A DNA stretch of 64,000 nt. It comes from an uncultured Bacteroidaceae bacterium (GTDB taxonomy: Bacteria; Bacteroidota; Bacteroidia; Bacteroidales; SM23-62). This document shows, piece after piece, positions 1 through 10,800 of this stretch. Each line of letters opens with the position of its first letter. The stretch's first letter is position 1. Location of the stretch: the NCBI GenBank assembly GCA_964420035.1, contig CAYQQR010000006.1, positions 28,885 through 92,884 of the forward strand, in the 5' to 3' direction. The translations under genes and the position numbers were made by a program. The notes beneath the pieces are model-generated. The model had not been told where the DNA came from. It saw nothing but the letters and a program-made list of their open reading frames with translations, and did no database searches.

Positions 1-208
1 GAAAAATTTGGGGCGGGAAGTGGCCGTAATAACTTATAAAGGCGAAAAGTTCAAGGGTGTGCTCAGGACCGCGGATGATTCTGGTATCACCCTGGAATTC
101 AATAAGAGGGAAAAACAGAAAGGAAAAAATAAAACCCTTAAAAGGGTGGTTACCAAAGAGCTTAATTTCAGAGATATAAAAAGTACTAAAGTGGTTATTA
201 AAATATGA
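1..208 (+). CDS. rimP: Ribosome maturation factor RimP, C-terminal part (5' end lies outside the window)
   Basis: The frame is open to the left edge. The tail is small and K-rich (VITYKGEKFKGVLRTADDSGITLEF). The stop overlaps the nusA ATG (ATGA at 205-208), matching the conserved rimP-nusA-infB order. Confidence 0.6.
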   Translation, partial: KNLGREVAVITYKGEKFKGVLRTADDSGITLEFNKREKQKGKNKTLKRVVTKELNFRDIKSTKVVIKI

Positions 209-1461
209 CAGCTACGATGAAAGAGATGGAATCAATGAATTTAATTGATACGTTCTCTGAGTTCAAAGAACTCAAGAATATTGACCGGGCCACCATGATG
301 ACCGTGCTGGAGGATGTTTTCAGAGGCATGTTGCTGAAAAAATACGGCACGGATGAGAACTTTGATGTCATCATCAACATCGACAAAGGTGATTTTGAGA
401 TCTGGCGGAACCGGGAAGTAGTTGAAGACGATGAGGTTGAGGATGAAAATCTTCAGATTCCCTTGTCTGATGCTAAAAAGATTGATGAAGATTATGAAGT
501 GGGGGAGGAAGTAACCGATGAGGTCAAATTGCTGGATTTTGGAAGAAGGGCCATCCTGGCGCTCAGACAAAACCTGACTTCCAGGATACTGGACCTTGAA
601 AAGAACAATGTATACAACAAGTACAAGGACCGGATCGGGGATATTGTCACCGGTGAGGTATATCAGGTATGGAAAAGGGAGATACTGGTGCTGGATGATG
701 AAGGCAATGAGCTGATCCTCCCCAAATCTGAGCAAATCCCATCGGATTATTTCAGAAAGGGGGATACCATACGGGCAGTCGTTGTTAAAGTGGAGATGCG
801 CAACAACAATCCCCTGATTGTCTTGTCGCGTACTTCGCCGATATTCCTTGAGCGGCTTTTCGAACTGGAGGTTCCTGAAATTTTTGATGGTCTGATCACC
901 ATCAAGAAAATTGTCAGGATCCCGGGAGAACGGGCAAAAGTAGCCGTAGAATCCTATGATGAAAGGATTGATCCCGTGGGGGCTTGTGTAGGGATGAAGG
1001 GTTCCAGGATTCACGGTATTGTCAGGGAATTGAAGAATGAGAATATCGATGTGATCAATTTCACCAATAACGTTCAGTTGTTCATCCAGAGAGCCCTGAG
1101 CCCCGCCAAGATCAGCTCTATCAAGCTCAATGAAGAGGAAAAGACTGCCGAAGTATATCTTAAGCCCAATGAGGTTTCTCTCGCCATCGGGAAGGGCGGT
1201 CTGAACATCCGGCTGGCCAGCCAGCTCACAGGTTACGAGATTGATGTCTACCGCGAGGTGGATGAGGATGACGAGGATGTTAACCTTGAGGAATTCGCTG
1301 ATGAGATCGATTCCTGGATCATCGATGAGTTGAAGGCCATTGGATGCGACACCGCCAAGTCGGTTCTCGAATTGACGACCGATGATCTGGTAAAACGTAC
1401 TGATCTGGAGGAAGAAACTGTAAAAGAAGTAGTTAAAATTCTGAAAGCTGAATTTGAGTGA
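205..1461 (+). CDS. nusA: Transcription termination/antitermination factor NusA
   Basis: 418 aa. It has an S1-like region and two KH motifs (GACVGMKGSRIHGIVREL; LAIGKGGLNIRLASQLTGYEIDV) and lies directly upstream of infB. Confidence 0.95.
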   Translation: MTATMKEMESMNLIDTFSEFKELKNIDRATMMTVLEDVFRGMLLKKYGTDENFDVIINIDKGDFEIWRNREVVEDDEVEDENLQIPLSDAKKIDEDYEVGEEVTDEVKLLDFGRRAILALRQNLTSRILDLEKNNVYNKYKDRIGDIVTGEVYQVWKREILVLDDEGNELILPKSEQIPSDYFRKGDTIRAVVVKVEMRNNNPLIVLSRTSPIFLERLFELEVPEIFDGLITIKKIVRIPGERAKVAVESYDERIDPVGACVGMKGSRIHGIVRELKNENIDVINFTNNVQLFIQRALSPAKISSIKLNEEEKTAEVYLKPNEVSLAIGKGGLNIRLASQLTGYEIDVYREVDEDDEDVNLEEFADEIDSWIIDELKAIGCDTAKSVLELTTDDLVKRTDLEEETVKEVVKILKAEFE

Positions 1462-1531
1462 TTCGGTAAAAATATTATAAATTGCGTTCGTTTTGGCGAC
1501 AGGTAAGTATTGCAAACAGTAAAGGAGAAGC

Positions 1532-4297
1532 ATGACGGATAAAAAAGCCACAAGGTTAAGTAAGATTGCACGGGAGTTCAACGTGGGGATATCTACAATT
1601 GTGGATTTCCTCCACAAGAAGGGACATGAGGTTGAGGCCAATCCCAATACCAAGATCCCTGCTGAACTCTATGATATTCTTGTGGATGAATACAGCAGTG
1701 ACATTAATCTCAAGCGGGAATCTGAAAAGCTCAGTCTGCACAGCTTAAGGGACAAGAAAGAAACCATCTCCATCAATGATATTCCTGAAGAAGAGCGGAC
1801 CGGGGAGGAATCTGAGGACGAAGTATTGGTCAAGGATCCCAGTGGCATAGTAACTGCTTCAGAAAAGGAAGAAAAAGAGACTGCTGAAAAGGAAGAAAAG
1901 AAAGCAGAAGAGGAAAAAGAGAAGGAAAAAGAAAAGGAACCATCCCTCAAAGTCGTGGGCCATATCGACCTTAAAGATGTGGATCGAAAGAAAAAAGCTG
2001 AGGAAAAAGAAAAGAAGGAAGAAAAGGAAAAAGAAAAGAAAGAAAAGGAGCCTGCTGCTAAAGACAAAAAGGAAGAAGCCGAAGCTAAAAGAGCTGAAAA
2101 AGAGGCTGAAAAAACTGAAGAACAAGCTGAAGAACAGCCGGAAGAAGAGGAAGAGGAGAATTTCATTCAACGTGATGTACAGAAATTAACCGGTCCTACG
2201 GTTGTTGGTAAGATTGATCTGCCCAGGGAAGCCGAAAGAAAAACATCAGAAACCAAGGGAAAGACAGGAGAAAAGAAAAAGCGGCGCAAACGTATCAAAA
2301 AGGACCTGGAACGTATTGATCTCTCTGAAAGAGAACAGGAGAAGAGGGGTAAAAAAGGGCAGAAAGGAAAGAAAAAATCAGCCAAACCGGAGGTTAGTGA
2401 AGAAGACGTTCAAAAGCAGGTCAAGGACACGCTGGCCCGCCTGACACAAAAGGGAAAATCCAAGGCCTCCAGATACAGAAGAGAAAAGCGGGATGCCATC
2501 TCCCAGCGGATGCAGGAAGAAACGGAAAAGAAGGAAGCTGAAAAGAGCATTCTGAAAGTAACGGAGTTCGTTTCCGTGAATGAGCTTGCCAACATGATGG
2601 ATGTTCCTGCCAATGAGGTAATTGCCAAGTGTATGGATCTGGGCCTCTTTGTATCCATCAACCAACGGCTGGATGCAGAAACCATGTCCCTGATCGCTGA
2701 AGAATACAACTACAAGGTTGAGTTTGTCAGTGCGGATGAGGTTGAAGAAGAAGAAGAAGTGGTAGAGGAGGATCCCACGAACCTGCTGGACCGTCCACCC
2801 ATCGTTACCGTTATGGGGCACGTCGACCATGGTAAAACCAAATTGCTGGACTACATAAGGAACACCAATGTCATAGCCGGGGAAGCAGGAGGTATTACCC
2901 AGCATATCGGGGCCTATAATGTTACCCTGGATGGGGGCAGGAAGATCACGTTCCTGGACACACCCGGTCATGAGGCTTTTACCGCTATGCGGGCCAGGGG
3001 GGCACAGGTTACCGACCTGGTGATCATCGTGGTGGCCGCTGATGACGGGGTTAAGCCCCAGACCAAAGAAGCCATCAATCATGCCCAGGCAGCAGGCGTA
3101 CCCATTGTTTTTGCCATCAATAAGATTGATAAGCCGACGGCCAATCCGGATAAAGTGAAGGAAGAACTGGCCAATATGAACATTCTCGTTGAAGATTGGG
3201 GTGGTAAGTACCAGTCCCAGGAGATTTCCGCGAAAAACGGGATTAACATTAATGACCTGCTGGAAAAAGTATTGCTTGAAGCGGAACTCCTCGAATTGAA
3301 AGCCAATCCCGATCGGCAAGCGACCGGAACGGTTATCGAATCAACCCTCGACCGGGGCCGGGGTTATGTGGCTACCGTACTGGTAGAAAACGGAACCCTC
3401 CGGACAGGGGATATCATGCTCGCCGGGATCCACTACGGTCACGTGAAGGCCATGTATAATGAAAGGAATCAGCCCATCGAAGAAGCAGGACCGGCAACCC
3501 CGGTGCTGATGCTCGGGTTGGATGGCGCACCCCAGGCCGGGGATACATTCAAAGTTATGGAATCGGACCGGGAAGCACGAGAGATAGCCACCAAACGCGA
3601 ACAGCTCATACGCGAGCAGGGATTGCGTACCCAAAAACACATTACCCTGGATGAGATTGGCCGCAGGATTGCCATTGGCAATTTCCAGGAATTGAATGTC
3701 ATCGTAAAAGGGGACGTCGACGGTTCCATTGAAGCCCTGTCAGATGCCCTCATCAAATTAAGTACAGAAGAGATTCAGATCAATATCAAGCATAAAGCAG
3801 TTGGTGCAATTTCCGAATCGGATGTATTGCTTGCTGCTGCTTCCAATGCCATCATCATCGGGTTCCAGGTACGGCCTACCGCCAGTGCAAGAAAACTGGC
3901 CGAGAAAGAAGAAATAGATATTCGCCTGTACTCCATCATCTATGATGCCATCGATGAGATCAGGGCTGCCATGGAAGGAATGCTCTCACCCGAAATAAAG
4001 GAAGAAATCACCGGAGCCGCAGAAGTACAGGAAGTCTTTAAGATTAGCAAGGTTGGAACCATTGCCGGCTGCATCGTCAAGGAAGGAAAGATTCACAATG
4101 ATTGCAAATTGCGGTTGATTCGCGATGGTATCGTAGTTTATACCGGTGAACTGAGTTCACTGAAAAGGTTCAAAGATGATGCCAAAGAAGTAGCCGCGGG
4201 ACAGGAATGTGGTATCGGTATTGAGAACTTCAACGATATCAAGACAGGCGATATCATCGAAGCATTCCGCGAGACGGAGATCAAGAAGAAACTCTGA
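1532..4297 (+). CDS. infB: Translation initiation factor IF-2
   Basis: 921 aa. K/E-rich low-complexity N-terminus. GTPase motifs [22 protein letters not shown] and NKID. Confidence 0.97.
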   Translation: MTDKKATRLSKIAREFNVGISTIVDFLHKKGHEVEANPNTKIPAELYDILVDEYSSDINLKRESEKLSLHSLRDKKETISINDIPEEERTGEESEDEVLVKDPSGIVTASEKEEKETAEKEEKKAEEEKEKEKEKEPSLKVVGHIDLKDVDRKKKAEEKEKKEEKEKEKKEKEPAAKDKKEEAEAKRAEKEAEKTEEQAEEQPEEEEEENFIQRDVQKLTGPTVVGKIDLPREAERKTSETKGKTGEKKKRRKRIKKDLERIDLSEREQEKRGKKGQKGKKKSAKPEVSEEDVQKQVKDTLARLTQKGKSKASRYRREKRDAISQRMQEETEKKEAEKSILKVTEFVSVNELANMMDVPANEVIAKCMDLGLFVSINQRLDAETMSLIAEEYNYKVEFVSADEVEEEEEVVEEDPTNLLDRPPIVTVMGHVDHGKTKLLDYIRNTNVIAGEAGGITQHIGAYNVTLDGGRKITFLDTPGHEAFTAMRARGAQVTDLVIIVVAADDGVKPQTKEAINHAQAAGVPIVFAINKIDKPTANPDKVKEELANMNILVEDWGGKYQSQEISAKNGININDLLEKVLLEAELLELKANPDRQATGTVIESTLDRGRGYVATVLVENGTLRTGDIMLAGIHYGHVKAMYNERNQPIEEAGPATPVLMLGLDGAPQAGDTFKVMESDREAREIATKREQLIREQGLRTQKHITLDEIGRRIAIGNFQELNVIVKGDVDGSIEALSDALIKLSTEEIQINIKHKAVGAISESDVLLAAASNAIIIGFQVRPTASARKLAEKEEIDIRLYSIIYDAIDEIRAAMEGMLSPEIKEEITGAAEVQEVFKISKVGTIAGCIVKEGKIHNDCKLRLIRDGIVVYTGELSSLKRFKDDAKEVAAGQECGIGIENFNDIKTGDIIEAFRETEIKKKL

Positions 4298-4319
4298 TAA
4301 ACCGAAAAAACCCCCGGGC

Positions 4320-4700
4320 TTAAGATTCAATCAATTCTTTGTAGGCTGAAGCATCCAGCAGATCGTCCAGTTCTGACTTATCTTCCATGTCGATCCTGAT
4401 CATCCATCCTTCTCCATGGGGGTCCTGGTTGACCAGTTCAGGCTTGTCTTCAAGTTTTTCGTTTACTTCCGTTACTACCCCGGATACCGGCATGAACAGG
4501 TCGGAAACCGTTTTGACCGCTTCAATGGTACCAAAAACATCTTCCCTGGCAAGCTTTTCGCCTTCGGTTTCAATTTCAATGAAAACCACATCACCAAGCT
4601 CTCCCTGTGCATAATCGGTAACGCCTACTATCGCGGTGTTATCCTCAACCCTGATCCATTCATGCTCTTTGGTATACTTCAAATCCTTTGGAATATCCAT
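4320..4700 (-). CDS. gcvH: Glycine cleavage system H protein
   Basis: 126 aa, full-length H-protein pattern with the lipoyl-lysine context TIEAVKTVSDL. Confidence 0.95.
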   Translation of the reverse strand: MDIPKDLKYTKEHEWIRVEDNTAIVGVTDYAQGELGDVVFIEIETEGEKLAREDVFGTIEAVKTVSDLFMPVSGVVTEVNEKLEDKPELVNQDPHGEGWMIRIDMEDKSELDDLLDASAYKELIES

Positions 4701-4740
4701 GATATTAGGTTTAAGTTTTAAATGGAATTAAACTGATCTT

Positions 4741-4748
4741 CAAAATTA
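4741..4748 (-). promoter_or_regulatory. Candidate Bacteroidota -7 box (TAATTTTG on the minus strand) for gcvH
   Basis: The plus strand reads caaaatta, whose reverse complement is TAATTTTG (TAnnTTTG consensus). It lies about 41 nt upstream of the gcvH ATG. The same 11-mer caaaattagta recurs upstream of pepA. Confidence 0.35.
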
Positions 4749-4779
4749 GTATTTTTTCGATGCAAATGGATTGTAAAAG

Positions 4780-4856
4780 GATAAAGAGATTAAGAGATTA
4801 AGGGATCAAGAGAGGCAGGTTTGTAAGGATGCAAGGAACCCAGGAACTCAGGGACC
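4780..4856. repeat. Cryptic 8-nt-period tract, about 10 degenerate units (GANNNARG)
   Basis: The units read gataaaga gattaaga gattaagg gatcaaga gaggcagg tttgtaag gatgcaag gaacccag gaactcag ggacc. The tract abuts the sprA stop codon and shares the 14-mer attaagagattaag with the tract at 23109. Confidence 0.85.
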
Positions 4857-7800
4857 TCACTGGGCAAGGGTAAAGCGAAGACTGAAGCCGACGTTGGTGT
4901 TGGCGGTGGGATAGGAGATGGAGACAAAGGGCTTGTTGACGATCCTGTCGAAGAAAAACCTTAGATTGAAACGGTCGCTCAATACATAATCCAGACTGGT
5001 GTTGATCTTCAGGATCCTTTGTCCTGCAGTGATCTGGTCTATGTCTTCAGCCAGTTTGCGGATCACCGTACGGTTATCCCGGATACTGAAATCCACCCGT
5101 ATGTTCAGGTCTGAGTCCAGCGATCGTTGCCCGCCTCCCGTATTGATGATCAGGGGAACCTCCTCGAAGCGGTAACCGGTACCGATGATGAACTCATTGC
5201 TCGAGATCTCAGTGATCTGGGCGCTGGGGATGCTGAGGGCTATCTGCCTGGACTTCTTGATCTCGAAGCGCGCGTTGATATTATTTACCGTGGTCGCGTC
5301 GATATTGATCAGGGGAGAGAATTGTTCCTGTATGGAAACGCTGGAAATCTCAAATTCAGGATGGAAATTGTTGCTCAGTTCATTGATGGCATCCAGGCTG
5401 ACAAATCCATCGGGGGTTTCTGAATAAAAGGGGTTGGACAGGTAAGAGCCTATGTTGTAGGTCGACCGGTACGTGTGACTGATATTAATGGTCCTGAAGA
5501 TTTTCTTAACAAGATCTACGCGGGATAAACCGTCAAAAGTCAGTCTCCAGTTGGGCAACATATGTTTAAAGGAAGGAAAGGGTTCCAGGGTTACTTTCTC
5601 TACATTCTGCCCGGTATAGGCTGCCAGGAAGGCCGGGATCATCACCTGGGATGAATTCCCCCCGTAATGGGTATAGAATCCCGTGGTATCAACGCTTGGC
5701 TGGTAATCTCCGCGCACCGACCGGTTTTCTGCCAGTCTGCGGGATATGATAAAGCGGTTTTCATCCTTGAACCTGTCGAATGCCTCGGAGGAAAAATCTC
5801 CGTCACTGTATACCGATTCGAATGCGGTCCCCATCGAGATGGTAGAAATGGAGAAGTTTCCCGAGATTTGCCGGTTGCTGGCCATATCCCCGAAATCCCG
5901 GTTGAAGGCATACTGGTTGCTGCTCTCCATAAAGGTTCTCTTGGCTGTAATATCTATCCTGAAACCGTTGAAGGGCTCAAAGGTGCCGCGTGCATTCAGG
6001 TTATTGGAATAAGTAGTCACGTGGGGTGCCACGATAAGACTGTCGGATGAGATCCAGCCCCTGCTGTTTGCCATATCGATAAAATCATCCTCCTGCAAAC
6101 CGGCAACAAAGGCCCAACCCGGGGCGGATACTCCGTTGGTGGCATGGTTCATGCCCATGAAGTTCGCAGCAGGCTTATAGCCGGGAACCACGGAGCCCTT
6201 GTTTATGGTATAGGATACGGAAATGTTTTTCGTTCCCATCAGCAATCGAGCCGTATTTTCCGCTATAAAGATCAAAGGATTCTGGCCCACCTGCCTTCGC
6301 CCCACGATCCTGACACTGGCATTTCTGACATCCTCTTGTACAGTTATCCTGACCCTGTTCTCATTAACCACTTCCACATCGCTTTCAATGGTCTGGTTGT
6401 CCGGTCCAGTAACCGTTACTGTTACATCTTCGGTTTTTAATTTATGGGTAAAATTTTTCGGCCGGTTGGCCCGGAAAAGGGTCCGGGGATCTTCCCAGGT
6501 TACCTCCCTGGTTCTTGCCTGGCTCTGTTGTTGTCCTCCCCTTCCCCTGGCCCGGTACTTATCATTGATACGCTTCAGAAAACCAACCTTGTTATAAAAG
6601 TTGGTCATATTAAGCTGCCCGGTAGCCATTAGAGAAGAAGAATTCTGAATGGTATTTCCCAGATCTATGGTATCGGCTGTGATGGGTCCCGCGTCCCAAT
6701 TATAGGTACCGTTATACCTGGTCGTTGCTGTGATCCAGTTAAAAAGCGGAATCTTATTGATGGGCAGGGTGTAGGCCACATTGAAACGGTGACTGTAACT
6801 GGTGGTTCTGCCGAGATACAGGAATTCCTGCCAGATAGAATCCCTTTTTACTTCATAATCGGGACGGTCGGGGTTCATGGGCCCTATGGGTTCATCGATC
6901 CTGGCAATGTTGGTGGAAGAGAAGTCAAATTTAATAGACCGGGTCAGATCATATTGCAGGTCAAAATAGCGATTCCAGTAAAAGTCCTTATTGACCAGGG
7001 TGTCGGGCCTTATCCTCGAATCGCCAAGGTTGCGGAGGTTCCTGAGCAGTCTTTCATTATAAAAGCGATTGATATCGGTACGGAAAGAAATCCGTGAGGG
7101 GGCGTAGTAAAAGTTGAAATCCCGGATGAGCTTAAATGCCGGGGAGCTTAAAAAGCCAATCTTTGAAAAAGGCGTTACATTTTTAGGTCTGGTATTGAAG
7201 GTATAACTGACCGCTGCCCGGTATCTTTTCTGGTAATCATACTCGGTATGGATGTTCCTGGCATTGATATCGTTAAAAGAGTAGGATACGCTCCAGTTGG
7301 CCAGGTCGTAGAAATTGGGCTTGCCTTCCAACTTGTTCTTTCTAACATTCGTGAAATTGATGCTCCTTCGCTGGGTCAGATCCTGGGCAAATGATTTAAT
7401 GGAATCTTTTTCTGCATCGGAGTTTGCCGCTCTCAGAGCATCCCTGAGTTCAATATCCGGGTCCAGCGGATTGTATTGCGGATTGATTATCGTAGTTGAA
7501 TATCCGGCATATACGGGAATAACCACCCCCGATTTCTCAGCAAAGAATTTACCCAGGTTGAGGTTGGCCGAAATATCATATTGGTAGCGTTCTTCTTTAC
7601 TTCGTTCATTAACCCCCGTTTCTATACTTCCGAAGCCGGGCTGGCTGGTATTTCCTGATAGGGTCAGGGTGCCGAAATCTGCCAGTTTTGTGGTAACCCG
7701 GCCGTTGGCGGCCCATCCGCCCTGTTCCCTGAAGTCGGTTAAACGCAGTTCGTTCATCCAAATCTCCCCGCATTTGGCTAATCCGTCGTCATCGAAAGCC

Positions 7801-10800
7801 CCGTTGCGGGCCTTGGGGTTTCTGACCCCTATCATGATGGTTCGTACATTGCTGAGGTTGGGATTTCCGCGCACGCTGACCCTGTTTCCCCTGTCATCAA
7901 TGATGCTGAAAGGAGCGGTCAGGGATACTTCACTTCCCTCTGTTCGTACAGCATTGTTACGGGCCAGTTTGACATCCAAAAGGTCGTCCAGAACAATCTC
8001 GAATTTATTCTCTTTGGGCCACACCAGCAACCGGTCTGCCGAGCTTTCATTTTCATAGTTCCCGGGGGCTGTTAATTTCAAAGGAATCTCGTACTCGTAG
8101 TAGTTACTGGTGTAATCGGAGCCCAGACGAATGAACGCGGTCAACTCGCCATCTTCCAGGGTACCGCAGCCTTCGATGGCTTCTGCATGTACAAACATTT
8201 CCAGTTTCCTGTACTGGCGTACATCCAAATCTATATTCTTATAGGCAGCGCGCGCATCGCCGTCAGCCAGCTCGAGCACCTTCAAAACGATAGCCTGCTC
8301 GTTCAATTGACGTAACTGGGGGTTGGTGGGATCGATGACCCTGTCGATGGTAGGAGGCAGGACATAGTTCACCGGGTCCTTTCCGGCATTTTCTTCAATA
8401 TTGACTGCAGAAATATCAAAGGAGCCTTCCGGTGGTTCAGGGGAAGACAGGCTTTCCCCTCCTTCAACAAAAGGCAGGTTGTACTTCCTCCATTCACCCC
8501 GCACCAGCTCCAGGCGGGCGAAACGAAGTAACACGGAATCTTGGAACCCCGTCATATACATCCTGAAAAAGCGAATGGACTTGAAATCCTGAATGGGTCC
8601 GACAGAAGCATCATAATCACTTAGAGGGACACGGAACTGGTACCAGGTTACCGATGACTTTTCCCCATTGGGGAAATCGGAATCTACAACGACTTTATCG
8701 GTGATGAAATTATTCCCAACCTGCAGGTCCTCGGGTGAAATATCGATCTCGTATTCAAAATAGGCCTCCCCTTCACTCAGGGTATTGTCCCGGTTGATAT
8801 CTTCCACATCCGGCAGGGTACTGCCGGTTGTCGGATAGGGCTCATCCGATTGTTCCGAAGTGGGCGAGTTGCCTTCCATTCCATTGTATTGTTTGTATCT
8901 GTCAAGGATGCCAACCCCCTGTCGGTCATAGTCTGAACCCCTGAAGTAATGGAAGTTATCACTGGAGGGGTCCTCTGTTGCTTTTCGATAGGCCGTAGAT
9001 TCAGTACCGAACTGGGCTTCAATGTTTTGTATAAAATCGTTGAAATGGATGATTTCCAGCGGATCCGGGAGCCCGTCCAAACCCACATCTTGGTATTGCC
9101 GGGCAGTGGGATCGTTGTTGAAGGCATTGACCAGGGACTGGACCACGGGTACCCGGCCCCATGCCGTTGTGGCAAACTGGGTGTCGGCAGGAGAGATGGG
9201 CAATCCGTTCTCAAAAGATTTACGGGAGTCTTTGAGAATGTCTTCGGAAACGTTACCCAGGTTAAAGTACAGCTTTCCCCCATCCTGGGATACCTCTTCA
9301 ACAAAAGGATCCATAAGCCAGAATTCAATAAACTCCACGTTGGCCGATTCGAAATCATTAGTGACAATCTCGCGCATGATACCGCCCCACTTTTCTTCTG
9401 AATTAAGCAAGGCACCGGTTGAATCCATATCGGTTGTATAGTTGTAGGGTCCCCTTTCCTTTGGATAGAAGGCCACATTCAGCACATTGATGTTGGACGG
9501 AATGCCACTTGGATTTTCCTTGTTCGGGAATATGTCCGTTTCGAACACCTCCTCAACAAAGTGACTGGATTGCAGGTCGGGGTTTGCTTTTAGGTGTCCC
9601 GGGGTGAGTGAGTTATTTCTGAGGAAAAGGGGGTCGATGACGTACCAGGCCAGTTTCCCGCGTTTATAGCCGTAGCCGAGATCATTGCTTCTGTTTGATT
9701 CCGGGAACCTGGAAGGGCAGCTGGAAAGGACCCAGGCCGGGAAGCTTTTCAAATCGATGGAGGTCTGGCTGCCCTCGAAATCATCAATATAAGCGATCCC
9801 TTCTTTTTCTATGGCCCTGGAATGGCCCGGGATCAAATGGGCAAATTCACCGGTAACCGTAATGTTCGAAGGTTCTTTGGTTTCAATGAATGGCAGGCGG
9901 TCGATCATGGTGGTCAAAAACTGCGATTCGGTGCGGTACGAGCCATTCAATCCCCAGATGGTGTTGGAGATGGGTTCATCGCCGATGTTGACCTTTTGGG
10001 TCAGGGGCCGCTCGGTAAGATTGAGTATGGTACCACCGATGTTGAAATCATCCGAGATCCGGTACTCCAGGTGCGATCCTACCAGGGTCTTGGTTTGAAT
10101 GGCGAAGAGCGACTGGTTTTCAAGAGAAATATTGATGGGCGTTCCCGATTCCAGCAAACCCTGGTTGATTATGGTGACCCTTCCCAGGGTGTAATCCACC
10201 GTGTAGTCAACATTTTCAGTGAGCTGCATGCCGCCTGCCGTGACTTTCACCGAGCCCTGGGGGATGTTCATGGCATTCAGCATGATCTCGGAACTGGATG
10301 AGGATTTGTAGGTCCCCATCAGTTTGAATTTATTCTTTTCGGCAATCTGTTTGGCAAGGGTTTGCGTGGAATCGTAGAGTTCCGTGAAGGTGTATTTTGA
10401 AGCCACGTCCGGATCCCCGATCTTTTGGGCCAGATAATCCCCGAACGGTTCCAGCACCGGGAAGACCACCCTGCCGTTTGAGGGCAGAATGGTAACACCG
10501 GGAATATAGTCAAACACCCCATCCCGCTGCGGGTCCAGCTGCTCATTCAGGTTGTCCAGGTTCAGGATCTGCAGCAAGGTCTTTTTCTGTATCCCCTCTT
10601 CCGGGATATAATTGATGGAGGCCCCGGTTTGATCGTCCTGGTATAGAATCTCCAGGTAAAAGTCTTCCTTGTTCACCTGGAAAGCACCGATGGCATAGAT
10701 GTTTTTCATCATCAGGTTCCAGGTAGGCAGGCGCGGGGTCAGGTTGGTCCCTTTCAGCAATTTAACCACCAGGGCCTCGGGTGCGTTGATGTCGGAAGAG

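Noticed and set aside
241-1653. A 470-aa ORF antisense to nusA. Similar long antisense ORFs lie at 2378-3319 (infB), 21401-22087 (dxr), 33554-34105 and 34556-35143 (GH9), 48170-48733 (FtsX), and 59230-59865 and 60856-61455 (activase).
   Set aside because: Each lies entirely opposite a gene with strong family motifs. The translations are low-complexity and repetitive in G, P, R and H, with no recognisable motifs. This pattern is expected from stop-codon depletion on the antisense strand of genes with this codon bias.
1669-2444. Several alternative-frame ORFs rich in K, R, F and S inside the infB N-terminal region.
   Set aside because: They are by-products of the GAA/AAG-rich low-complexity segment that encodes the K/E-rich linker of IF-2. 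They are not independent genes.
4298-4319. The cccccgggc sequence between the convergent infB and gcvH genes as a bidirectional terminator.
   Set aside because: The CCCGGG palindrome has no loop and the possible stem is too short to call.
4701-4779. A glycine riboswitch upstream of gcvH.
   Set aside because: The leader is AT-rich and shows none of the conserved glycine-riboswitch core elements. Only a promoter-like box is visible.
8777-9478. A 233-aa ORF in another frame on the sprA strand.
   Set aside because: It lies wholly inside the continuous 2465-aa sprA frame and has no recognisable features.
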